Made by a program: the position numbers and the translations under genes
Origin: a virus
Taxonomy: Duplodnaviria; Caudoviricetes
Virus record (IMG/VR): IMGVR_UViG_3300038974_000405
Coordinates: 1-29,701 of that record
Strand: one strand, 5' to 3'
DNA length: 29,701 nucleotides
Shown here: piece by piece, positions 16,084 to 25,720 of the stretch
How positions within the stretch are numbered: position 1 is the first letter of the stretch
Layout of the letters: each line of letters begins with the position of its first letter
Notes under the pieces: generated by a model
What the model was told of the DNA's origin: nothing
The model's database searches: none
What the model saw: only the letters and a program-made list of their open reading frames with translations

Positions 16084-18114
16084 ATGTCAAATTTTGGTTC
16101 TTCAGAAAAAAGTTTTATTTCACAAATTAATGAAGCTAAAAAAATGTCTAAGACATCTAATGCAAATGGAGTTTCTTCTGTTCGTTCAGTTGGTCCTAGT
16201 AAAGGCGCTTCATCAGATGGTTCTGGATCATTGAGTTCTATGTTGCATGGAGATGCTAGTTTTGATGCTTTCGAACTTTGTGATTTATCATTTGATTATA
16301 GTAAAGGCAGTCCTTATTTTACTCCCATATATATTGAACCTGCATCTGTTTTAAGTGAAGGATCTGAAGATAGCTTAGCAGGATTAAAAATTAAACTTCC
16401 ATTAAATCCTCAAAAAATTACAGATTCTGTTAGTGTTTCATTTAGCAGAAGAATTGATAATATTGCGGGATCTAATGTATTAATTGGTTTTATGAATAAA
16501 ACTGATGAATTTCTTAAAGGTTTTAATAGCACTAAAAATAAAACATTTTTATCAGCAGATTTACAAAATATGCTTATGTTTAATTATGATGCTAGATCAT
16601 TAAGAAAAGAAATACAAGTTCCATATATTATACCAATAAGTCATAATGTAAAAGTAAATGAAATAAGAAAAGGTTTGAATGTTTTACAAGGCTTAGTCTA
16701 TCCAAGATTTGGTGGATTAACATATCCTCCTTATGTTTCTATAACAATTGGTGGCATATATGTTAGATTAAAAGGTTTTATTTCTCAAGTTTCTGTAGAA
16801 TTTGATGAAACTATTACTAATATTAGTGGCACTCAATTTCCATTAATAATAACTGGAACTATACATTTTGTTTGCATGCAACCATTTACTTGGAGTAGTT
16901 TAAATATTGCTGGAGTAGAAATGACTAATGAGCAATTTGTTCTTATGGATAAAACTTTATTATTTGGCGCTGATCTTGAAAATGAAGCAAAATATTATCC
17001 TCCAATAAATACTAGAGCAGTTAGTAATTATTCTCCATTTAAACAAAAATTAATTAAAAATTATAAACTTACAGATTTTCAATTGTCAAATGAAAATTTA
17101 AATAATATTTCTAATAGCGTAAAATTAAACAAAATTATTAGTTTATATGATATACAACCTATAACTGATTATTTTACAAAACAAAATGATCTTATCAGCA
17201 ATTTAGACACAAGTTTTATGAATGAAGAAATATTTAGAAACACTAATTTTAATACTTTAATTGATCAATCTTCTGTAGATACTATAAAAAAATTTGTAGA
17301 TGTACAAGATAAAATAAATTATGAATTAACACAGATAGGCGCTTTAAACAGTTTAGGTATTAATTTAAATACTTCTTCATTTAAAAAATCTTTAGATAAT
17401 TTAACAAATTCGTTTAGTAGTATATCTAATCCTGCTATTTTTTCCAATGTTATGAATACAATGCAAAATAAAAATATCATTGGAAATATTAATAATTTAA
17501 CAAACGCGGTAAATACTACTATTTTAACTGATATTACAAAATCTACAAATAACATATTTAATTCTTTAAAAAATAATATTAATATTATTTCAAATATTGA
17601 TGATTTAGATCGATTAGATGTTAGCAATATATTTGAATACGCTTTAAATTATGATGGATTTACAAAGCAATTAGAAGCAATTTCTTTAGATTCTTATAAT
17701 TTAGATAAAAATTATATTATTAACGCAATTTATTCTAATTCATTATCTGATATAATTAGAATAACTAATACTTTAAGATTAATTGAAAGTTTACTTAAAA
17801 ATATTCTTATTATTTATGAAGATTCTAATAAAAATATTGCAATAGAAACAATGTGTAAAATACAAACAATAACGAATACATTGTTAATTGGAAATATTAT
17901 TAGTATTTTAACAGAAATGCAAAAAACGACAACTACAACATTTAATGAATTTTGTAATATTGAATATACTAATAATAATATAAATTATTCTATAAAAGAA
18001 CAAGCCGAATTAGCGTATAATGAATTATCAGTTTTAATGCCTTATAATATGAATAGAAGCGTTTCAGCAACACATACAGCGTTAACAAATTTATTAAGTA
18101 GAATTATTTTCTAA
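16084..18114 (+). CDS. tail tube initiator / baseplate protein (gp48/gp54-like) with long C-terminal extension
   Basis: LPLNPQKITDS..., LQGLVYP....PPYVSITIGG...KGFISQVSVEF tube-like pattern, directly after the tape measure. Confidence 0.65.
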   Translation: MSNFGSSEKSFISQINEAKKMSKTSNANGVSSVRSVGPSKGASSDGSGSLSSMLHGDASFDAFELCDLSFDYSKGSPYFTPIYIEPASVLSEGSEDSLAGLKIKLPLNPQKITDSVSVSFSRRIDNIAGSNVLIGFMNKTDEFLKGFNSTKNKTFLSADLQNMLMFNYDARSLRKEIQVPYIIPISHNVKVNEIRKGLNVLQGLVYPRFGGLTYPPYVSITIGGIYVRLKGFISQVSVEFDETITNISGTQFPLIITGTIHFVCMQPFTWSSLNIAGVEMTNEQFVLMDKTLLFGADLENEAKYYPPINTRAVSNYSPFKQKLIKNYKLTDFQLSNENLNNISNSVKLNKIISLYDIQPITDYFTKQNDLISNLDTSFMNEEIFRNTNFNTLIDQSSVDTIKKFVDVQDKINYELTQIGALNSLGINLNTSSFKKSLDNLTNSFSSISNPAIFSNVMNTMQNKNIIGNINNLTNAVNTTILTDITKSTNNIFNSLKNNINIISNIDDLDRLDVSNIFEYALNYDGFTKQLEAISLDSYNLDKNYIINAIYSNSLSDIIRITNTLRLIESLLKNILIIYEDSNKNIAIETMCKIQTITNTLLIGNIISILTEMQKTTTTTFNEFCNIEYTNNNINYSIKEQAELAYNELSVLMPYNMNRSVSATHTALTNLLSRIIF

Positions 18115-18130
18115 ATAAGAGGAATTATAA

Positions 18131-18862
18131 ATGTATACAACAGTTTCTTTAATTATTAATATTGATGGACCTTCAGATGCTAAATGGTCAATTAAATATT
18201 TTAATCAAAATAGAATTTTAATTGCTGATAATTTAGTTTCAGGTCAGCAAGTAGACGATTTAAGCGTGCATAGTTGTTATATGTTATATTTTACTGATGA
18301 AGAAAATTATAAAAATCCAGGACCTTTAATTATAGAATTAGATTCAGAAGTATTAGTTAATACGCTTACATATGTTTATGAAAAAATAACTTTAGAAAAT
18401 GACAGCAAATATAAATATTCTAGCACGTTAAAAACTAAAAAAATTGAAAAACCAGTAGTCACATTGAATCAAGTAAATCTAGATTTGACAGTTAAAACAA
18501 AAGAATATTATAAAAAATTAAAACAAACTGCTTTTTTAAGCAGGCATCATTTTGAAAGCAATTCGCAATATTATAATATAACTTCTTCTGGAAAGGTGCA
18601 TTTATTTTTAAAAAATTTTAGAGATATTAATGAAAAAATAAAATATATGAGAAATATTAATTATTATACAGTTCCAGAAAATGAAGTAAATAGATTAGAT
18701 TTAATATCATGGTATTTTTATAGAACTCCTGAATTAATGTGGGTTATTATGTCTATTAATAATATAACTGATCCTTTTAATGTTCCAGCTGGAACAGTTT
18801 TAAAAATTCTCCCAAGAGATTTTATAGAAATAGAGCTATTAAGAAAAGAAGAGGTCGTTTAA
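18131..18862 (+). CDS. baseplate wedge protein with LysM-like domain (gp53-like)
   Basis: YYTVPENEVNRLDLISWYFYRTPELMWVIMSINNITDPFNVPAGTVLKI. Confidence 0.85.
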   Translation: MYTTVSLIINIDGPSDAKWSIKYFNQNRILIADNLVSGQQVDDLSVHSCYMLYFTDEENYKNPGPLIIELDSEVLVNTLTYVYEKITLENDSKYKYSSTLKTKKIEKPVVTLNQVNLDLTVKTKEYYKKLKQTAFLSRHHFESNSQYYNITSSGKVHLFLKNFRDINEKIKYMRNINYYTVPENEVNRLDLISWYFYRTPELMWVIMSINNITDPFNVPAGTVLKILPRDFIEIELLRKEEVV

Positions 18863-20059
18863 TTGAATAAATATTTTAAAGATTATTCATTGTATACTAA
18901 ATTAAGTTGGTATACAAATGAAAATATTCAATTATTAAATTTTTCATATACTTTAAGTCAATATTTACCATCTATATACGCGACTATCGATATTGTATTA
19001 ACACCTAAAGAGTTTTTAAAATTTAAAAAAATAGATTCATTAGAAATTTCAGATAGAGAATTAGAAGTTTGGTTTATACCAGAATTAAGAATTGATTATG
19101 AAAAGACGTCTTATTTTAGCGGACCTTATAAATTAATAGCTTTAACGTATGAAGTAAATGATATAGCAAAATATTTTAAAGCTTTATCTTCAAAAGAAGT
19201 TGAAACCAATAAACATATTACATTATATTGTGTTGATAAAATATTTTATAAAATGACATTAATAAAGAAATATAAATCATTTAAAAATATGTTAGCATCA
19301 GATGTTGTTTCAAAAATAGTTTCAGAAAATGGTGGAACTGTTAAAAAACTAGATGATACAGATTATAAATTTACGTGGCTTCAAGCACAAATGACAGACT
19401 ATAAGATGATAAGATCATTATTACCATATAGTAAAACAGCAGATAATAAAACATGTTTTACATTTTATATGTTAAATAATGAAGCTTATTTTTCTTATAT
19501 AGGATCAGGTAAAAAGGAACCTCATGTATTAAGCATAGATAAACAAATGCAAAATGGAAGTGTTCATTCTAATAAAGATTATAAATTATTAATAGAGAAA
19601 TTTGGTTCTCAAGATAATTTAAAAATATCTAATCACGGTTTTACTAATTTTAAAACTTATTCTCCAGACCCGATTAGTTCATTAGCTTATGAAGGTTCTA
19701 ATAATGATTTTAAACAGCATTCTAGTGAAGGCGCTATGTATTTAATGAATTCAATAGAAGATGAACATTTAATGAAAAATTACACTACTAATTTAAGACA
19801 TAGAATACATACATTTTCTAGAACGTTAACAGTAAATTCAATTGCAGTACCAGATATTACGCCTTTAGATTATATAAAAATAGATCATACTATTAAAGAT
19901 AAAACTGGTCCATTTGAAAATATTTTTTATATAGCATCAGTTTCTTATCATTATCCTGGAACTTCTGGAAGCTTAAATGTTTTACCAACAATGAAATTAT
20001 ATTTATTATCAGAAACTGATTCATTTTCTAATAGATCACCGGAGGGAGCACCTATTTAA
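18863..20059 (+). CDS. baseplate hub protein (gp27 / gpD / VgrG-N-like)
   Basis: KSFKNMLASDVVSKI...WLQAQMTDYKMI and FYIASVSYHY patterns; lies between gp53-like and gp5-like genes. Confidence 0.7.
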   Translation: MNKYFKDYSLYTKLSWYTNENIQLLNFSYTLSQYLPSIYATIDIVLTPKEFLKFKKIDSLEISDRELEVWFIPELRIDYEKTSYFSGPYKLIALTYEVNDIAKYFKALSSKEVETNKHITLYCVDKIFYKMTLIKKYKSFKNMLASDVVSKIVSENGGTVKKLDDTDYKFTWLQAQMTDYKMIRSLLPYSKTADNKTCFTFYMLNNEAYFSYIGSGKKEPHVLSIDKQMQNGSVHSNKDYKLLIEKFGSQDNLKISNHGFTNFKTYSPDPISSLAYEGSNNDFKQHSSEGAMYLMNSIEDEHLMKNYTTNLRHRIHTFSRTLTVNSIAVPDITPLDYIKIDHTIKDKTGPFENIFYIASVSYHYPGTSGSLNVLPTMKLYLLSETDSFSNRSPEGAPI

Positions 20060-20593
20060 ATGGGATTAGGAACGTCTGGAATGTTTATAGGTATTTGTGA
20101 AGATAATAAAGATCCATTAAAATTGGGAAGAATAAAAGTTAGAGTTCCTATTATTTATGGAAATATTCCTACTGAAGATATACCATGGTGCGAACCAAGT
20201 TTTCCTTATACATTTCATGATCAAGGAATATTTTTCATTCCTGAAGTGGGAGCTTTTGTATCAATATGGTTTTTAAATGGCAGCAAATATAAACCTATTT
20301 GGGTTGGCGGAATACATAGAGAAGAAGATAATATAGTTCCTCAATTAATAAAAGAAAATTACCCTGATAGAAAAATAATAAAAACTAAAGTTGGTTATAT
20401 TGTTTTTGACGATAAAGATTCTTTTATTACAATAAAACATAAATCTGGATCAGAGCTTATTTTTAGTGATGATGGAGATATTACAATTCATGCTGCTAGA
20501 GATATAAATCTTATTTCTGATAGAAATATTCATGAAAACACAAAACAGTTTTCTGTTACACCAATACTAGTTTATAAAAAAAATGAAGAGTGA
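20060..20593 (+). CDS. baseplate spike (gp5 / gpV OB-fold)
   Basis: DNKDPLKLGRIKVRVP, IPWCEP, FFIPEVGAFVSIWFLNG...PIWVG, KHKSGS. Confidence 0.9.
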   Translation: MGLGTSGMFIGICEDNKDPLKLGRIKVRVPIIYGNIPTEDIPWCEPSFPYTFHDQGIFFIPEVGAFVSIWFLNGSKYKPIWVGGIHREEDNIVPQLIKENYPDRKIIKTKVGYIVFDDKDSFITIKHKSGSELIFSDDGDITIHAARDINLISDRNIHENTKQFSVTPILVYKKNEE

Positions 20594-20922
20594 TAATAAT
20601 GCCAGCAGCTACTAGAATAAGTGATAATACTATAGGTATATGCGATTTAGGATTAGATTGTTGTCCTCATTCAAGATCTGGTACTAATGAAACTGGTAGT
20701 CCTAATGTTTTTATTAATAATTTAAAAAGTCATAGATTAACTGATACTGGTCCAACAAATTGCCCTCATTCAGGAACATTTGAATCAGTAGAAGGAAGTC
20801 CTAATGTTTTTGTTAATGGATTACCAAAAACACGTATTACAGATACTACAGTTTGCATGGATTGCGGACAATCTGGAAATCATGTTTCTGGTTCACCTAA
20901 TGTTTTTGTTAATGGCTTTTAA
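20590..20922 (+). CDS. PAAR-repeat spike tip protein (likely start ATG 20599)
   Basis: MPAATRISD, three GSPNVF(I/V)N repeats, CPH metal-ligand candidates. Confidence 0.9.
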   Translation: MIIMPAATRISDNTIGICDLGLDCCPHSRSGTNETGSPNVFINNLKSHRLTDTGPTNCPHSGTFESVEGSPNVFVNGLPKTRITDTTVCMDCGQSGNHVSGSPNVFVNGF

Positions 20923-20942
20923 AAGGAGAATTTATAAATTAA

Positions 20943-21362
20943 ATGAGTTATCCTTATAAGTATACTTATCCCGAAAATAATGGAGCAATTGGATACGCAG
21001 GACCAATGCCAATTGAAGTTAAACAAAACACATTTGCTAATGGTTTAGTTGATGCTCCAGATGGAAAAGCTCTTATTAGATCAGCAATACAAAGATTATT
21101 ATTAACAAATAATGGTGAAAGAGTAATGCAACCAGAATTTGGAACTAAATTAAGAGCTATGTTATTTGAACCTTTAGATGAACAACTTTTATTAGATATA
21201 AAAGAAATTTTAGGTGTTAAACTTGAAAAGCATGAACCAAGAATTCGTTTATTAGATGTAGATTTTGATCCTGACTATGATAATCATACTATTACAATTT
21301 CTTTATCTTATGAATATTTACAAAATGGTGAACAAGATATTCTATCATTTCTACTAAAATGA
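20943..21362 (+). CDS. baseplate wedge protein gp25 / gpW-like
   Basis: LLLTNNGERVMQPEFGTKLRAMLFEP...HEPRI; SD AAGGAG. Confidence 0.93.
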   Translation: MSYPYKYTYPENNGAIGYAGPMPIEVKQNTFANGLVDAPDGKALIRSAIQRLLLTNNGERVMQPEFGTKLRAMLFEPLDEQLLLDIKEILGVKLEKHEPRIRLLDVDFDPDYDNHTITISLSYEYLQNGEQDILSFLLK

Positions 21363-21376
21363 TTGGAGATTAAATA

Positions 21377-23761
21377 ATGGCAATACAATTAAAAGATATT
21401 GAAAAATTACCTATAGATTTTGAAGAAATAATGGAAGTTCTTAAACAAAGAATACAAGCAAAACTTCCAAATAGATGGACAGATTTTTTGCAATCAAATT
21501 TTGGAATAGAATTATTAGAGGCGGTTGCTTATGAAGCAATGCTTTTAAATTATTATATTAATATTAATATTAATGAAGCGTTTATGCCTACTGCTAAAAC
21601 TGATTTTGCTGTTAGAAATTTAGCAAGAACTATAGGCTATAAACCTAAAAGAGCTTCTCAATCAGTTGTTCCAGTTATACTTTATCTAGATTCTCCAAGA
21701 AAATACGATGTATTTATTTCAAAGTATACAAAATTATCTACTGAAAATGGTATTAAATTTTACACAACAGAAGACAGCATGATTGTAGCAACTGAAAAAG
21801 AAATTGAAGTAAATTGTAAATCTGGAATATTAACTACAGATGTTATTGTTTCAAATGGTATAGCAAAACATCGTTATAAATTAAGAAAAAATAATGTTAT
21901 ACTTATTGAATCAGTAAAAACTGAAAATTTTGAATACGAATATAAAGATTTTATTGACACACAAAGTAAAGAACCATTTTATACAATAGAATATGATTCA
22001 GATGATAATGCATATATTATATTTGGAGATAATATTTATGGAATAAATCCTCCAGAAGGAGAAACTATTACAGTTTTATATGTTGTAAATAATAATTCTA
22101 TAGAAAATAGTAATGTTCAACCAAATACTATTACATTAGTAGATTCTGTTATATATGATAGTAATAATGAAATAGTTTCTGATATTCATGCTTATAATGA
22201 TATTGCTGCAAGCGGAGGTTCGAGCAATGAGAGTTTGGAAGAAATTAAACGTAATGCTCCTAGTATTTATAGAACACAGCAAAGAGCAGTTACTAGACAA
22301 GATTATAAAGATTTAATATTATCGCTTCCTCAAATAGAAAAAGTTTCTGTTATAGATACTTATAATATGGAAGAAGTGGGAATATTTGGTGTTAAAATTT
22401 GTCCTATACAAACTAATGGAGGATATTTAAATAGATTATTAAAAGATGAAATACAAAAATATCTTGAAGATCGAAAAATTATTTCAACAAGAATTGATAT
22501 AATAGATCCATCTTATATAACATTTGATGTTAATATCTTATTACAAGCTAGTCCAACTGCTAATATTAATATATTAAATAATAATATTAAAAAAGAAATA
22601 ACTAATTATTTATCATGGAAAAATAGAGATTTTGGTGAAGAAATTAGCAAAGCTGAAATACAAAGAAGAATTTCTTCATTGAGTGATGTATTACAGGTTT
22701 ATAGAGTAGATATGCAAGAAAATAGAAGAATTTATATTACAAAAGTTTTATTTGAAAATGGTTCAAATGAAACAAATAAAATTGTTTTTAATGATTCAAT
22801 TAACATACTAAGAGTTGGTTCAAAAATTGCTATAGCTGATATTAACGATGTTGTACAAGTAACAGCTGTAATAACTAAAATGAATGACGACGGTTCTTTT
22901 TCTTTAAATGCTAATATAACAAAAGATATGAGAATAATAAATGGATGCAGCATTTATCCTTTGCAAAAAGTTTTTACTGATCATAAATTTGGAACAAAAG
23001 AAATACAACTTCGACATGAATATGTGTATGAAGATGAACAATTTTTCTTAGAATTAAAAGAAGAATATGAGCAATTACTAAATAATATGTCACATTGCGT
23101 TATACACTTTGAAAATAGTCCAGAAGAAAGATATACTGTATTGTATAGAACAGGAGATAAAATATATTTAGATAGACCGTTATCTAAAAATGTAAATGAT
23201 AAAGAATTAGTTTATATTTTATACAAATATAATATACCATCGTTAAGTGCTGTTGCTTTAACTGGAACTAATAGATTAAAATTTAAAAATTATCCAAGAT
23301 TTGGAAGAAATACTATTTTAAGATATTACGAATTTGAACAATTTGAAAATGTATTATTTCAAATGATTAAATCTAATTCAAATTATGATTATTTAGATTT
23401 ATATTATGATACTACTGGTTTAAATTCAATTGCAAAAATTTATTTAACAGATTCTAATGTATTTATTGAAAATATAGATTATGAATTAGAAAATAATATG
23501 AAAGTAATTAAATGGACAGAAGTTGGAAAATTAAAAATAAATCCGGGAACACGTTTTTATGTAGATGCAACTAGAAAAATTATAAAACAGTCTGATCAAA
23601 CTTTTACAGTTACAAAAATTGATGGGAAATACGTTCATGTGACCCCTACAGTTGAAAAAACACTATATGAAGATAGTACATTTAATTATGAAACAGAAAC
23701 ATATAATTTAATGCCTAATGAAATTTCAGATGTAGGAAACATTACAATAAATATTGTTTAA
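21377..23761 (+). CDS. baseplate wedge protein gp6 / baseplate J-like
   Basis: DFEEI, WTDFLQSNFG.ELLE, LARTIGYKP, FGDNIYGINP, ASGGSSNESLEEIK.NAP....QQRAVTRQDY. Confidence 0.92.
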   Translation: MAIQLKDIEKLPIDFEEIMEVLKQRIQAKLPNRWTDFLQSNFGIELLEAVAYEAMLLNYYINININEAFMPTAKTDFAVRNLARTIGYKPKRASQSVVPVILYLDSPRKYDVFISKYTKLSTENGIKFYTTEDSMIVATEKEIEVNCKSGILTTDVIVSNGIAKHRYKLRKNNVILIESVKTENFEYEYKDFIDTQSKEPFYTIEYDSDDNAYIIFGDNIYGINPPEGETITVLYVVNNNSIENSNVQPNTITLVDSVIYDSNNEIVSDIHAYNDIAASGGSSNESLEEIKRNAPSIYRTQQRAVTRQDYKDLILSLPQIEKVSVIDTYNMEEVGIFGVKICPIQTNGGYLNRLLKDEIQKYLEDRKIISTRIDIIDPSYITFDVNILLQASPTANINILNNNIKKEITNYLSWKNRDFGEEISKAEIQRRISSLSDVLQVYRVDMQENRRIYITKVLFENGSNETNKIVFNDSINILRVGSKIAIADINDVVQVTAVITKMNDDGSFSLNANITKDMRIINGCSIYPLQKVFTDHKFGTKEIQLRHEYVYEDEQFFLELKEEYEQLLNNMSHCVIHFENSPEERYTVLYRTGDKIYLDRPLSKNVNDKELVYILYKYNIPSLSAVALTGTNRLKFKNYPRFGRNTILRYYEFEQFENVLFQMIKSNSNYDYLDLYYDTTGLNSIAKIYLTDSNVFIENIDYELENNMKVIKWTEVGKLKINPGTRFYVDATRKIIKQSDQTFTVTKIDGKYVHVTPTVEKTLYEDSTFNYETETYNLMPNEISDVGNITINIV

Positions 23762-25064
23762 TGGAGTTTTGAGATTAATGTCATTTTTATATAGCATACT
23801 TCCAGAATATACTAAAAATATAGACAGTTTAAAAGAATATAGTATTCATGGTGAATATCAAACATTAGAAGGTTTTACTGAAGCTATTGATGAATCTGTA
23901 TTTAGTATAATTTCTTCTTCAATAAAAGAGGTTATGTCGTTTAATGATGTTTTTAATATAAGTGAGAAATACATGCCTTATTTTTCATTTTTATTAGGTT
24001 ATAAATGGAATGATTATATAGATTCAAATATGCAAAGACATATTTTAGCTAATATATTAGAATTATATAAAAGAAAAGGTTCTAAATTTTCATTTCATTA
24101 TTCATTGTATCCTATAGATCCAAATGTAAATATGTATGAACCGTATAGAGACATTTTCTATTTAAATAAATCAAAATTAAATTCAAGAAGCTATTTACCA
24201 AGCAAAAATTATTATTCTTATGGAATAATAGTAATTTCTATGAATAATGTTATACCAGAAATTTATGAAGTAATTGAAAGCATTAGACCTGCAGGTTGGA
24301 GATTCATAATAGAAAGAAGATTACAATCTGTCACTGATATGAATTTTAAACCTAAAGAAGAACCTAGATTAAAAACTAGTTCAGTCTTATTTACTAGAGA
24401 AAATTTAGATGACGAATATCAATATCAATTAGATAATTCTATACAATATAGTAAAGAAAAAATGATTCCTATTACTATGTATGGAAATAGAACAACAATT
24501 CCAAATAATTTATTATCATTAGAACATTTAGATTTTAATAGTATAGCTTTTCCAAATGAAAATCAAGGGTATAATACATTTTTAAGATACGGTGTAGTTC
24601 CTTCTAAAAGAAGAGCTCATTGGTATGTTTGGTTAAAACATAAATTAGATGTTTTTGCGGGAACAATTTTTACTAGATATAACGAATACAATTATACAGA
24701 TCTTGTAAACTACTTTTCAAATAGAATAGAAAATGAATCAAGTTATCAAAAAATAGAATATAATAATTCAAATTTAAATGCTCATTTATTAGCAAATAGC
24801 ATACATTATAGCCAAACTCTTATAGATTCATTTAGAAAGATAGATTTTAATAAAGTTTCAACGCTTTCTAGAGAAGAATTTACATTAAACGATTTTAGTT
24901 GTGGAATGCAAAAAACTTTAAACTTTTTAAAATATTTTACAATTAATTCTGTAGCACATGTATTAGCTGAGGATATAAAACAAGATAGACAAGAAAGTTA
25001 TTTAGAAGGTTATACTCTTACTAGGTATTCAAGTCATCATTTTTCAAGAAAATTAAAAGAATAA
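23754..25064 (+). CDS. baseplate protein gp7 / P2 gpI-like (likely start ATG 23778)
   Basis: YMPYFSFLLGYKW, LYKRKGS and IRPAG motifs, immediately after gp6/J. Confidence 0.8.
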   Translation: MFNGVLRLMSFLYSILPEYTKNIDSLKEYSIHGEYQTLEGFTEAIDESVFSIISSSIKEVMSFNDVFNISEKYMPYFSFLLGYKWNDYIDSNMQRHILANILELYKRKGSKFSFHYSLYPIDPNVNMYEPYRDIFYLNKSKLNSRSYLPSKNYYSYGIIVISMNNVIPEIYEVIESIRPAGWRFIIERRLQSVTDMNFKPKEEPRLKTSSVLFTRENLDDEYQYQLDNSIQYSKEKMIPITMYGNRTTIPNNLLSLEHLDFNSIAFPNENQGYNTFLRYGVVPSKRRAHWYVWLKHKLDVFAGTIFTRYNEYNYTDLVNYFSNRIENESSYQKIEYNNSNLNAHLLANSIHYSQTLIDSFRKIDFNKVSTLSREEFTLNDFSCGMQKTLNFLKYFTINSVAHVLAEDIKQDRQESYLEGYTLTRYSSHHFSRKLKE

Positions 25065-25088
25065 AGATTTTAGGAGGCATAATATTAT

Positions 25089-25706
25089 ATGTCAATTTAT
25101 GATGAGGTATCATTTTCAGTTTCACCTTATGTAGCAAGAGTTAATAAAGCAATAGAATTTTATTCTAGAAATATAGCGAATAATTTAGATTCGGGTTTAA
25201 TGCTTTGTATATCTACTGGTCCCGATGAAGGGTGGCCAATGATATCTGGCGCTGAAGTGCCTCCACTTCCTTCATTGTCAGTTTCTCAGCTTATTAATCC
25301 TATTGGTTTTAAAAGATTTAGTACAATGAAATTTGTTATTTCTGATGATGCAGGAATATATTCTGTAGGTGGCGTTCTTTGGAGAGCAATTACTGGTGAT
25401 ACAATAGATGAATCTATTTACTATGCAAGACAATTAAAATCTAGATGGCTTTATATTGAAGCTGAATTAGAAACTGATGAACTTAATGTTGGTGATGTTT
25501 ATTACAGACAGATGGGATTGTATAGTAATCTAAAAATTAGAACAGATTTAGTTCCTGATTATGCAACTAGAAAAGTATTTTTACCAACTGAAATAGCAAG
25601 AACTGGTCCTGAATATGATGGAATCTTAGAAATTTATCAAAATGTATCTCCAATGAGAAGACCGACTGATTATAGAGAAGTTTTTAGTTGGGTTATAGAA
25701 TTTTAA
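25089..25706 (+). CDS. baseplate structural protein
   Basis: SD AGGAGG; RWLYIEAEL...YRQMGLY...FSWVIEF pattern and position in the wedge cluster. Confidence 0.65.
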   Translation: MSIYDEVSFSVSPYVARVNKAIEFYSRNIANNLDSGLMLCISTGPDEGWPMISGAEVPPLPSLSVSQLINPIGFKRFSTMKFVISDDAGIYSVGGVLWRAITGDTIDESIYYARQLKSRWLYIEAELETDELNVGDVYYRQMGLYSNLKIRTDLVPDYATRKVFLPTEIARTGPEYDGILEIYQNVSPMRRPTDYREVFSWVIEF

Positions 25707-25720
25707 GGGGTTGAATTTTA

